Shown here: positions 47,091 to 60,004 of the stretch, piece after piece
How positions within the stretch are numbered: position 1 is the first letter of the stretch
Layout of the letters: every line of letters begins with the position of its first letter
From: Entomortierella parvispora E1425
Lineage: Eukaryota; Fungi; Mortierellomycota
Assembly (NCBI GenBank): GCA_020891255.1
Contig: BQFW01000004.1
Coordinates: 2,046,001-2,110,000, forward strand
Reading direction: 5' to 3'
DNA: 64,000 nt
Made by a program: the position numbers and the translations under genes
Notes under the pieces: model-generated
What the model was told of the DNA's origin: nothing
The model's database searches: none
What the model saw: the letters and a program-made list of their open reading frames with translations, nothing else

Positions 47091-48441
47091 ACCACTATGC
47101 GAAGCCTACTTGTAGAACCCATGACCTCGTAATAAACATTCAGACCTGGCAAAAGACCTAAGAGACTTTAGCGACGAAGCACAACAGATGCTTGGAACCC
47201 AAGAAGTTGCAAACCCAGAAAGCAAGCACTCCGCCTCGGCACCCCATTTACATGTCCGGGCCGAGATGGATGTATGTCTTTCGTTTCTGTTTCAGATTGT
47301 TCAAGGAAGGGACGCGACCTCCGGCTCGAGATCTGCTGCAGGGATAGAGAAAAGTAAGAGAGAATGGGTTGGGTCATTGACAATCGCTTGCCGGCTGGAT
47401 ACCCTTGAAATTAAGAGCGGGTTCACTTGATAAAACGAACGAGAGACATGCACTCCATCTTGCCGACGCGTGTTTGACATCGGAGACGCAAACTACGCTG
47501 CAGCCAGCATGTGAGAGAGAGACGAGAGAGTGAGAGTGAGAGTGAGAGAGATGAACAGAATAACAGTCTTCTTTTTGCATCCCCGTCCCAGACTCTCGGC
47601 AACCTATCGCCGGGAATGCAGGGGCGGGTCTCTGTTGCAGAGTGGTGCCGACGGCAGGGAGGGCACTCGTGTCCGATGTGTGGCTGTTCTGTACCTGACC
47701 CACTTTCTCCCCCCTTGGAGTGCTCCCTGGCCGTCTTTGTCCGGTGGGTGCTCTCTTGCGGCGCTGGTCTATCTTTGCATTTGACGCATCTCCTCTGGCT
47801 TCCCCATCAAACAAAGAAAACAAAACAGCAATAATAACGGCTACTGCAAACATCACGCAGGCGATGCAAATTGCATGTGGTGCAACATGAATGAACAAGC
47901 CGAAAAAGTGCTCTCCGCTTGCGCGCTCTCTGTGCCTTGCTCTCCTCCATTCTTCTCTGTGCCTGGTCCTTCCTTGGTCCAGCCAACTCCCGCGCATTTT
48001 TTTTTTTTTTTTTTTTTTCATTCTTTTTTGGTATTCTTGTTTTTCACCTCAAAAGAAAACCAACGGCCTGCTCATTACATGCATTCATTTCTACTTCATT
48101 CATCTCTTTTCTTCTTCTCATTCTCAGTTCTCATTGCCTCTCTACTTCTCTCCTGATCCACATCTCATTCCCCCGAAACACCCACCCACTACCACTCCAG
48201 TCCAGTCTTTGACTCCCTTGTTCTCAACCTTTGACAACAGCGGCTCTACTCTCGAACCGTTTCCACCCCTCCTTCCCCTGTCCATCTCCCCCTTTGTTCT
48301 CATCACCCCCACTCCGTTACCGGCTTCAAGAACCAATCTTCCTTCTCTTTTCCCTCACCATCTCTTTCTCTCTCTCTATCTCTCTCTCTCTTCATCGAGC
48401 GCCCTCACCCACCGCAACTACGCGCCTTAATCAAACTATCC

Positions 48442-50648
48442 ATGCTGGAACAAAAGTCCGTGCGGTTGATGTCTGCTTGCGCAGAAGGCAACCTCGAGCT
48501 AGTGACTCGGATAGCCTCAAAGTTCACGTCGACGGACGAGCTCTGCGAAACCGAGCCCCTCTCTGGATACTCTGCTCTGATGATGGCTGCAAGACATGGG
48601 CACGCCGAGGTCGTCGAAGCTCTGATCCTGTTAGGACACGATCGTGCCGAGATCTCAAGGGTATGTTTTTATTTTTTTTTCTTTTTTATTTCATTTGTGG
48701 TTGTTATTGTCTTAAATGACACTCATCCGCGTGAGAGAATGAGAGAAGGGGGTCGATGCGCGGTCCAGAGAGAAATCTTGCGGGCCTAACCCTTGTGCTA
48801 AACAAAAAGCGAGGCTCGGAAAAAATGGACCGATGTGAATGACAACAAGGAGACTAGCTCTCAAGAGGGAGAAAGGGCCAGGTTTACTGGAGGAGAGGAG
48901 GAGGAGGAGGAGGAGCGGGTGGGCGGCGCACAAGGCTGTTTGTCGTGTGCTTGGTAGAGGTATCCCTGGGGCGGTGTTGTAATACTATGTGTAACCCGAG
49001 GTGGAGACGACCTGCAGTTAGTTCTCGTGCAACCATGCTATTCATCCCATATGGCATGTGCGCATTGCCGAGTGGGGTGTTGGGAGGGAGTGAGCATCTC
49101 AAACTGATCATCGGAAATGAAGCAATAATGGGCGGATGGCTATTCTTGACGTTCATATCCCAGGCGGCTGCTCTCTTGTCCTGCAGTAGGGACGGAATCC
49201 TAGTTCAGGAACATGACGTGGGGCTACCAGAGAAGGATGGGGAAGAACAGAACCATTGCCCTTCGCAAACAGTCATCAACCTTGTGTCGGTTTCAGGACG
49301 GCTGTAGACCCAAAAAAAAAAAAAAAAAAAAGAGATAGAGATAATGAGCAATTGAGCGTTTGGCTGAGTTGGATTCATCTGGCATTCCTTTGAGACAGAA
49401 GGAAGGACCAAGAAATGAAATGGAAAAAGAAAAAAGCTCTCGTGGATGTGTCTGAGAATGAATCGCTCATGCTGTAGCTATATTTACTGACGAACGAATC
49501 TGATCTGGATGGCATCACTCTCTAGGACCCAAACAACAATAACATCTTAATGGTGGCGGCAGAGCATGGACACCAGGCCGTCTTTGAAATTTACTCGTCA
49601 AAGTTTCCTCGAGCAGTGCATCTGTGCAACAAGCAAGGATGGAGCCCGCTGACAGCGGCAGCACGTTATGGCGCTCCTTCCATGGTGGAGGTAATAATTG
49701 AAATGAAAAAAAAAAAAAACGACCTGAGAATAGAAATCTGCATGCAATGCAAAATTCAAAATTGAGTAGCATGGCTGACATGTTATTTTTGTTGTAGATT
49801 CTTCTTCACCTGGGAGCCGATCTCAACCATCGGGACGAGGAAGGAAGCACTCCTTTGCACCAGTAAGTTGAGGCTTCTGTCTGCTAAAAGCCCTTGCCCT
49901 CACAGATAGCTCTCTAATCATACTTTTCGTGTATTTTTGTTATTGTAACTTGGTAGTGCGGCAGCCTTTGGACATTTGCAGGTATGAGCACAACAAGGGA
50001 TTGATAGAGGCAATAACCTACTTTAATACTGACTATCTCCCTTTGTTTTAGACAATCTCTTTGCTGATCGAGAAAGGAAGCAGCTCATCCATCAAGAACA
50101 ATGGCGGCTGGACTGCACTTGACTTTGCTTACTCCGACAAAGTGGCGGCGCACATGGAAGGTAAAACGAGGACATATCTAATACGACGTGTGAGTGAGAG
50201 ACAGGTGAAGGTCTTGGGTCTTGAATCTTGTTTGACCCTGTTGACTGACATTCACGTTTATACTTTATGCTTTTTAGATCGCTGGAGATCTGTAGGCCGG
50301 TCCATGTCCTCATCCCCATCATCGTTCTCGTCCTTGTATTCGGCAGCGGCAGGAGTGGCAGCAGGAGCTGAAGATGGAGCACCTATTGTGTTGTCATCGT
50401 CGCCACCACCATTGCTTCAGAGCCGATCGTCATCGGCCACATCCACTGCAACATCGGCCTGTAATTCACCTACACCGAGACCTGCGCCTCTGTCCCAAAC
50501 TGGTCGTAAGGAGTCCTGGACCAGTCTCAACCATGGCCCACTATCGCCAATCTTGGCATCCATTTCAGGAGCGACATCTCCACGGCTGGTTCCGTCGAAT
50601 GCCTGGTCCGAGTTTAAGCGTGTGGTGGTGAAGCAGCAGCTTCACTAA
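48442..50648 (+). CDS. AVO2: Ankyrin-repeat protein, AVO2-like (TORC2 subunit), multi-exon
   Basis: Ankyrin repeats (GYSALMMAARHGH, GWSPLTAAARYG, GSTPLH|AAAFGH, GWTALDFA). LILLGHDRAEI and FPRAV resemble AVO2-family motifs. First intron 48661-49525. Confidence 0.65.
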
Positions 50649-51414
50649 AGTGCCTTTCAGATAGCAGCAAAGCAGCAGTAGCCACTTGCTTTCCCTGGAG
50701 GAAAGCAAAGCACTTTGTAGCAGGACTACACTGACAACAAGACTTGGTTCCCCCTTCCTCTGTAACACCACCAACACCACCACCACTACATTACTATTAC
50801 TTCTACGACTCCACACTACTATTACTACACCACCCTAATACCCCCCCCCCCTCCACTAATAATAACTTTGATATCAAACCACCCCCCATAATAATAATAA
50901 AAACAGACGAGCAGACGAAACAGAAACGAGAATAGTGGGTCAACAGTGCACGCATGCACATTAGCCGGACTTTGCACCGAGGATGAGCAAGGGGGTGCAG
51001 TTGCAGCCGTCAGGTATGACACAGGGACATGTTACCACCAGCGAGCGGCTTTGGAGGGTGAATAAGATGAATGAGTTTGCTGTGAACTGAAAGCGGCCAC
51101 CAAACTGTGTTCGACCTGCGAGAGCCCTTCTCGCTTAGTCCTCGTTTAGCCAATCCCACCTTCCTTTGCCCATCCTCATCATCTCATCATCTCTTTCTTC
51201 CTTCATCCCTCTTCTCCTTCCCTCCTTCCCTTCTTCATCCCGCATCCCCTCCATTTCCCCTCCTACACTCCATCATTCTATAGTCAGTTGCGGGCGGCTG
51301 TCTTGTTTCTATTTCTTTTTTTTCTTTTTTTTTTTCCTTGTTCTTTGTCACCTCTTTTCCACCCCTTCCTACACCCTATTTCTCCTTCAGCCGGCGCGTT
51401 CGTTCAAGTGAAAG

Positions 51415-54400
51415 ATGGCAACCCATGCAGCTTACACATCCGATGACGATGACCACGCACATCATCCCGTCCACAGTCCAGTCCACACAAAGGCGCACCC
51501 CGTGTACGACTCTGACTCTGAGTCGGACGAGGTCGTTCACCCAGTGCAGCACGTCCAGCTGAAACAGGGCATCTCTGCGCGCCGTGCCAGTCGCGACTCG
51601 CACCAGAGCCGGCACTCGCACCAGAGCCGGCACTCGCACCAGCCCACCTCACCCGTCTCGTCCAGGGGTGGCCGCAGTGGGTACAGCTTTGAGGACCACC
51701 ATGAACAGCCACGCTCGACAGGAGTCGATCTTCACTCCCCTGTGCTGACCCACGCGCCCGAGCCTGCCCTCCCCTCGATCCCTGCAGAGACGAGCGACTC
51801 TAGGAACTCGTGGGAGGAAAACGATAGCGACGACTCCTATCCTGCCGCTGCCTACGACTATGGCCAGGACGATGACGACGACGATGAGGACGACTACGAG
51901 GAGCGTCCTCGAAGCCATCTTCAACAAAACCAGCAGACCCACGTGCATGCTGCAGAACCTTTAGCCAAGGCCCATGCGGCCGAGTCTGCTGTCTCTGACC
52001 GAGAGGATGACTATGCGGACGACTGCTCCTACGACCATAAGCGTCAATCCCACCTTTCAGAGCGCGACCATCCCCACCACGCAGATCTCCAGGACTCACA
52101 CCAGGATCAGCACCAGCACCAGCACCATTACAAGGACGAGGACGAGGACGAAGATGAGGATCGAGACTACCCACCACACCACCACCATGATCAAGATGAG
52201 AAAAGGAGATACTCATTTGACAGCGTGGACCGTTCCTCGGTGCATGACGAGCGGGATATCCAGCAGGATGTCCAGAACCATCGCCAGAGCCATCGCTCCA
52301 GCCATCGCTCCAGCCATCATTCCAGTCACCGTGTGAGTTACCACCAGGACGACCACGACCATGAGCACCGTTCAGACGCCGATGAACCTGAAAGCTTTTA
52401 CGAGACCTTTGGCGATGAGCCTCACAGCAGTGCAACCCTCGCCGCACCCAACCACCACCGCGCCTCGGTGCAATCTGCCAACTCGTATTCTAGCCATACC
52501 AAGCACCACTCTTTCGGATACGAGGAGGCTCCAGCTGCCTATGCGGAGGATCCTTCTGACTCCGAGTCTGCCTCTTCGGAATCCGAGGCTGAGAAAGCGT
52601 TCGTCGACGTCCCAACTTCGCCACCACCACCCCCAATTCCCACCCGGTCTCGCCCAACTTCGACCATTTCCTTGACCGGTCGGGGTCCAGCTTCTCCAAC
52701 ATTGTCCCGAGGCCCAGTTTCTCCAACCTTCTCCCGAGATATGGGCGCTCCTGCTCTTCAGCGTGAGGAAGCACCTGTAGTTGCACAAGGTCCTTCCGCG
52801 CCTGTTTCGCCTGCTCCAGCTCCAGTGCAGTCCATCAAACCAGAGGAGGCATTGGTTGTCGACAGTGTCTCTCAAAAGTCGGGATCCTCCCTGTCCTCTA
52901 CTGAACAGAGACAAAAACGATATTCTGGATCTGACAGCGACACCTCAGGCACCTCTATCGACCTGCACTCGCCTACACCCATCGGTGAATCGGATTCCAA
53001 GTCCAGCAGTGTTTTCTCAAGGACGCTCTCCAACAACTCGACCACCCGTGAAAAGAGCCATCGTCCTTCCAGCGCCGAGAGACAGCGCCCCATTTCCTAT
53101 GCCACCGTCTTCTCGGATGCAGAGCTGAACGACATCTCGCTGATGGATGAACCTTTGACCGAGAAGCGTGCCAGTGTAGTCGTCCCCCGCACCCCTGTGA
53201 CACCTTCTTCAGGCTTTGGATTTACCTCGAATTTCTTTGGTGGCGGACGGTCGCAGTCATCAGGACAGCAGCCTCAGCAGGTTCAGCAGCCTCCTGCGCC
53301 ATCGACACCGCAGCCAGTAGTAGAGTCGCCATCCCCTGCCCCCACAACCCCTACGGTGCCATCGCCTGCACCTACTCCCGCACCTGCTACCGTCCGCTCG
53401 GGCCGCAGTGCATCTATCAGCGCGCTTGCAAGTTCAATTCAAGGTGCATTCAGCCGTGGATTCTCGTCGCAATCAGCACCACCAGTACCTCCTCTTCCAA
53501 AGACGTCCAGTTTGGTTGGTCAACGCAACTCTAATTCGCCTAGCATGGACCCTCGATTCTCTACCAACAGTATCCTCAGGGGCCAAAATTCCGATCGTGC
53601 ATCCACCATCTCTACCATGACAAACGACTCAAACATGGACTTGCTTCTCGCGAGACTGGAAGCCCAGAACGAGATTTTGGAACAAGAGTCGAAGAGACGA
53701 TTCACAAATGAATCAGACATGGATCGTGCCCTTGTGCATGCCAAGGAAGAGTCCGCGGGAGAGAACATTGATTGGGGTAAGAATGGTCGTTCGCGAAGGA
53801 TTGATCATGTTACCTATTTGTTGTTTGTTGTTGCCGATACAGTTTTGTCCCATCGGTCACAAGTTACTTACCCCTGTCCCTGTTCTTTTGGATAGACTAC
53901 TGGGGCGCGCTGATGCATGATTACAATGCTGTTGTCAAGAAGAACCCCAAGCAACTCACAGCCATGATTCAGAAGGGCGTTCCTTCGGCTCTCCGTGGAT
54001 TGATTTGGCAGTTACTTGCAAAGTCCAAGGATCCTGCATTGGAGGCCACATATGCAGAGTTGCTCAAGGGATCAAGCTCGCATGAAAAACAAATCACGCG
54101 TGACCTGAGTCGCACGTTCCCGAACCATGAGTATTTCCAGGCAGAGGGACTTGGGCAGGAAGCTCTCTTCAATGTTGTGAAGGCCTACAGTCTGTATGAC
54201 CCAGAAGTTGGTTACTGCCAGGGCCTCAGCTTTGTTGTCGGACCTCTTCTCTTGAATGTAAGTCATCAGTGTTTTCATTCCCTTTGCGCCTGGCTGTTTT
54301 TGATGACATGGTTAACGCTGACGCGAGGCTGACACAATACTAACATGTCATTGACGTTCTGTTTATTCCTTAGATGCCTGATGAGGAGGCCTTTTGTATG

Positions 54401-55416
54401 CTTGTCCGGATGATGAGCACGTACGAGATGCGCGGCCATTATACCCCCGAGATGAATGTGCTGCAGCTGCGATTATATCAGTTTGAGCAGCTCATGGAAG
54501 AGACTGTGCCGATCGTGTTCAAGCACCTTCGTAACCAAGGAATTCGATCGACTATGTACGCCTCTCAGTGGTTTATGACACTATTCGCCTACAAGTTCCC
54601 TCTGGAGCTGGTGTACAGAGTGTACGATATTATCCTCGTGGAGGGCGTCGAGTCCCTTCTTCGATTTGCGATTGCCCTTTTAAAGGCCAACCACGACAAG
54701 ATCCTCAGTCTGGACTTTGAGGTGTTGATTGAATTCTTGAAGAATGGACTCTTTGAGCCCTATGTGGTAAGTGGTTACCGCAGCTACTACGTCAGGCAAA
54801 GCAGCGCATTGCATTTTTCTCTTTTTACCATTTTCTCTAACTTTTTTTCCCTGAAATGTGCCTTCTTCTTGCGGCTTAGAACGATCATGGAATGTTTATC
54901 CAGGATGCTTACAATGTAAAGGTCACGCCAAAGAAGCTAGCCCAGTACGCACAGAAATACCAAGCTATGGTCCAGAAACAACAAGCGGAACTGGCAGCAG
55001 AAGAGTCCTTGCGGGAGACCAACAAGCAACTGTCGCTCCAAGTCCGTCAGTTGGAGGGTTCCCTTCATACGTTGAACAAGGAGCATGTGGATTTGGCCAA
55101 GGAGTTGATCACGCGAAAGATGGACATGGCTCAATTACAGGATGACAATGACGTGTTGGCGCAAAAGGTAGCGGACTTGACCCGGATCGTGGATTCTCAA
55201 GCCAAGGATGTGGAGGAACAGTACAAGAATGAAATTCAAGACGTCCTTCGCAAGAACATGGAGTATCTGAAACGGAACGAGCAACTGGAGGATCAGATGG
55301 CGTACCTGGAGAACCTCGTGATTGAGACAAAGATGAAGTATGCAGAGAGCGAGAACGAACGGGACGCACTTACACGGAAACTGAGTGACATGAGGAAGGC
55401 CCTGGGCGCTGTCTAA
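51415..55416 (+). CDS. Rab-GAP TBC-domain protein with coiled-coil C-terminus (GYP5/EVI5-like) and His/Asp-rich N-terminus, 4 exons
   Basis: GVPSALRGLIWQLL, QITRDLSRTFP, YSLYDPEVGYCQGLSF, MYASQWFMTLFAYKFPL..RVYD; heptad-rich tail. Exons 51415-53776, 53896-54257, 54374-54766 and 54880-55416. Confidence 0.9.
51592..51643 (+). repeat. 18-bp coding tandem repeat (SHQSRH) in the RabGAP N-terminus
   Basis: cgcgactcgcaccagagccggcactcgcaccagagccggcactcgcaccag. Confidence 0.85.
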
Positions 55417-56910
55417 ATTGCATGAAGGACAGCAAAACGGCGTCGTCACTGTAGGCACTTCTCAATACCCCCTTAAACCACTTTCATTTCATAAACGCGA
55501 AAAAGCACGATTAATTCATATCTTCTATCGCCTTTTTGCAACTGAATGGAGGCAGAGAGAAACAAAAAAAAACATGATAATGTTTGGCTCAATCCCCCTT
55601 GAACCAAAAAAAAAAAAAGACGAAAGATGAAGCAAAGAAACTCTCGCGTGGCACTGTGGGAACACGGAGGTGGGCTCGTTGCTTTGGGGTTGGCCTGGCC
55701 TTTGCCTTTGATCCCATGCGTGGAATGTTAGTCCATGCGTCTCGAAAACGAGGCTTCGGCATGGCATGTCGTCACTGTGCCTTTTTGTTCCCTTCTCGCT
55801 CGGGGACAATTGCATCCCGCGCTCTTGTCCCATCCCATCGATCCATTGCGCAGACAGAAAAGCCGGATCCTGCGCATTAAATGTGAAAGAGCCCGAGGGC
55901 ACAGAGCGATGGACGCGTCTGCGGTCTGCAGTCTGCTGAGCAGCGGAAGGGGAGGGGCGGAAGGGAGGGGAAAGAAGGGGGGCGGACAGAGGAACGCGTT
56001 TTTTGAGAGATGAAAAGAGAACGATGGACGACGGGCGTGGCTCTCCTTCTTGCCAGGGCATGGCTGTCAACATCCGTGTCCCAACCAACTCAAATCCACC
56101 CACGCCCACCCCCCTTCTTCTCTCCCACTTTTGTTCATTGTCCCATGTGGGATCTGTTCGCGCGATCCCCTCTCTTGCCGCGCACACCCTTTTTTTTTGT
56201 GTGTGTCCCGACGCCTTGAAGCAAAACACCTCGTCCGTCCTCCCAAAGTCCCCTCCCCTTGATTCTTCCGTCCCCCCTATTTTGTACTTTTGCAGTTTGC
56301 ACCCCTCCTTCTCGCTCTCCCATCACTGTGCTTGTTCACTGCCACCTCACTTTTGTTGTTCCCTTCAGCCACCCAGAAGTGCCACTGACAATCTCTTTTT
56401 CTCGCGTTCGTCCCGACGCTTCTCGATCTAAAAGGGATCCTTTGCTTCTTTCTTTCTCTTGTTCCACCTTTTCCTCCTTCGTATCCACATCGTACCCACA
56501 TAGCTTCTCTCAACTCTACCCTCTTCCTCCAACTCTGCAACATCACTCCCCGCCGCTTCTTTCTCACGCAACTTTGACACTCTCTTCACCCTCCAGCAAT
56601 TGTTCGTTTCTTCATTGTTTTCACCCTTGTTTCTTCCTTGTATTCTCGTTACACGCATCGTGGCTAGTTTTTTTTTTTTGTACCATCAATCGCCTTTTTC
56701 TTTCAGCCCCTCGAATCCTCCCTTCTCTCTCTCTCTTTTTTTCTTTACAAAAACCATTCTTCTAATTGTTTTCTTTGGGCATTTTGTTCTTTACATCATT
56801 ACAACCCACGCAACGTTCATATAGCCTCCTCTTCCTCTTTGCCCTACTCTTACTCCTTTCGGAAACCACCCTTTTTTTTTGAACGTTTTAATCAGGAAAA
56901 GAAAAATATC

Positions 56911-59591
56911 ATGGCTGCGACGGCCGATTCCGCAAAGAAGAGCAGGTACAAAGAAAAAAAAAACACAGCGCTCATTTTTTTTTCTTCAAACATCTTCCTA
57001 TTGAAACAGTCTTCCCTTTGCACACACCCCTCGCTGCCTTTTCTCAGGACGCGTGTATGCATTCATACACACAAAAAAACCACTGTTTGTTGTTAACCGC
57101 TATAACCCCCTCCACTCTGCTCTTTCTCTCCCTCTCTCTCTCTCTCGTCTCCCGTATTAGTGGCTCTTCTCACAACAGCGTGGTGATCAAGGTTGGAATG
57201 GTGGGCGATTCACAGATTGGCAAGACGAGTTTGATGGTCAAATATGTCGAAGGATCTTTTGATGAGGACTATGTCCAGACGCTCGGTAAGAAACATGACT
57301 CGGTTTTTGGTTTGAAAAAGAGAGAAAAAAAAATATGCAACTCTCGCATTGTGTGCGTGTTGCTCTCCAGTTTTTTTTTTTATTGAACCACATCCTTGTA
57401 TTTCCCGGTGCGTTTCAAAACAACTAACCCATTTCTCTCTTGTTTCTCCACTCCGGGTGGGGGGGGGGCTGTGAACAACAAAAAAAAACAGGTGTCAACT
57501 TTATGGAGAAGACCATTTCGATCAGGAACACAGAGATTACATTCAGTATATGGGATCTTGGTGGTAAGCAAAAAGGGTCCCCGACCCTCACCCCCCAGAG
57601 CTATCTTTTCTGTATCCAATGGGATACCCTCTGTGGGTAGGGTGGACGGGGGACGTTGTTTGTTCTCGCGCCCCTGCCCCTGCCCCCTTTTCCTTTCCCT
57701 TCCTGGTAGGGGAGGGAGGACACGATGGAGAGAGAGATAGAGTTGGAAAAAGAACAGGTTGGACCCGACCAAAGAGCGCGAAAATGGAAGGGACATGCGT
57801 GGGTGTGACCAACATACTGCTGGGCTGGTACCATGGAGAGAAGCCTATCGTGGACGGAAAGATACCTTTACTTGCTTTCTTCTTCCCTTCTTCCCTCCCT
57901 TCGATCGGGAAAACACGCAAGCAAGGACTAGCCCACGGTCTACCCAGCGACCCACTAAAAAGGATACCATGGACCATTGGAAGACAGTCGAGAACGCAAA
58001 GGGACATCAGAACCATGCAAGGATAAACGGACGGACATGACAACATTTTTTGGGGGATAATCCTACGACCGCAGCATTGGATCGACCCATGTCAAGGATC
58101 GTCTCTCTCTCCCCCCCTTCCTCCTACCCTTATGTAAAAACCATTTTGTCATCTTAACCCCCTCCCCTGCGATGGTCAATCTCTCCTTCTTTCTCCCTCT
58201 TTTTTTCAACACCCCCCACTCCAAAAGAATCGATCCAATTGGAAGGAGGGCAGGAGGTTCAGGGATGTGGGAGTGGTGAACAAATAATGAGGGAAGAAGG
58301 GTCAAAAAAAAGGGCCTTGTTCTTTGTCTGTTCCCCTTCCCACGACGGTATTTTCGTTCCTCCCTGGCGGGATAGAGAAGGAGAGACAAAAAAAGCATTT
58401 TTTAAAGAAGTGACAAAGCCAAGAAAACAAAAAACCACCATTGCATGGCCACTCCAACAACAAAATAGAATTGCAAACAGCTTGCGCTCCCTTTGTCCCC
58501 GACTTGTTCGTTCGTGCAACGCTACACTGCAAAGGGCATAGAGTAAAAGAAGGAAGAGAGTGAGAGAAGAGGACAACAAAGAAGCGGAAACGGAACGAAT
58601 GGGATTATTTGACGCGTGGTGTCTGTGTGTGTGTTTGTGCTTGGATCATCTCCCCCGCAATGTCTGTCCCTTCGCCCCTGCTTGTTGTTTGTCTCATTTT
58701 TTTCTGATTCTTTCCGCTGTTTCTTTTGTTGCTCTTTATTCTTAGGACAACGCGAGTTTGTCAACATGCTGCCCCTGGTTTGTAATGACGCGGTCGCGAT
58801 CCTGTTCATGTTTGATCTCTCGCGAAAGTCCACACTGAATAGTATCAAAGAATGGTATCGACAAGCCCGAGGCTTTAACAAGGTAAAGAAAGAAAACAGA
58901 CTTTTTCAAGGTTCTCCCGCGTCCTCCTCCAATGAAAAATGATGGGAGGAAAAGGTACAAGAAGCGCCTGGGCTAAGCATCTTTTTTTTTTTTTTTTTAT
59001 TTTCCCCCTTGCAAATGATGCAATTGCAATTGCTTGCATGGCTTCATAGACAGCGATTCCGTTCTTGGTCGGCACCAAATACGACTACTTTTCAACGTTT
59101 TCAAAGGAAGAACAGGAAGAGGTCACCAAACAGGCACGTTTTCCCTTCATCCCTGTATCTCTCTTCTTTAGGACAGAACGTGGAAAAAAATACCTATTTT
59201 TTTTTTCTGACAAACAAGGAAGGAGGTTGATCTACTTTTTCACTAACCTCACTCCATCTCTCTTCCTTCCTTTTGTCTCCTCATTTATGTTCACATCGAT
59301 ACATGACATCAACCAACAACTCAAAAAAAAAATCATCTCATCTGATCCCCACATTAACCCCTAACGGACCCTGATTTTCCCGACAATCCATGAAAAAAAC
59401 GACGTTCCTGTTATCTCTAGGCCCGCAAGTTTGCACGCGCCATGAAGGCGCCCTTGATCTTTTGCTCGACGTCCCATTCTATCAATGTCCAAAAGATCTT
59501 CAAGATTGTGCTCTCCAAGGCCTTTGACCTCAAATGTACTATCCCTGAAATCTCTGAAGCCGGCGCCCCTATCCTCGAGTATACCAATTGA
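56911..59591 (+). CDS. SPG1: Septum-promoting GTPase Spg1/Tem1 (SIN/MEN), 6 exons
   Basis: [33 protein letters not shown]|[16 protein letters not shown]|[25 protein letters not shown]..|[12 protein letters not shown]..|[43 protein letters not shown]. Confidence 0.95.
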
Positions 59592-60004
59592 ATGAAAAGC
59601 AGACAGAAGGAGGATAGAAAAATAACTATCATTAAAAACGTGCTTGTTTCCTTGTAATTGTCCCACGTTACGTCGTCCATCTTCTTTGTCCGTCGATCTC
59701 TCGCTCTCTCTCTCTCTCTCCATTTTTTTTTTTTTTCGCCCTTCTGGTGAAACATTCGCTTCAACGGTCGTCACAAGACCCTTTTGTGGCTCTATACTTC
59801 AACAGCTCTCAACCTAACCGTGAAGATGGAAACGTCGCTTTTTCATTCATCATTTTTTTGGTTTTATTATGAGAAAGGTTATGGATGTAGACTCAAATGT
59901 GAATTACGAAGTTTTTGTTATGTACAGCAAAGAGAGGAAGGCTGGAGGGAAAGAGTCCAAACTCTTACTTCCAACACCTCTCTTTTTTTTTCTTGTTTCA
60001 GCCC

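Noticed and set aside
47091-48441. Short ORFs in the SMN-AVO2 intergenic region
   Set aside because: Dominated by poly-T/A, GA and CT tracts; no coding signature.
55417-56910. Multiple 100-230 aa ORFs upstream of SPG1
   Set aside because: Translations of CT-rich leader sequence (F/S/L/P- or K/R/E-rich); no motifs or splice logic.
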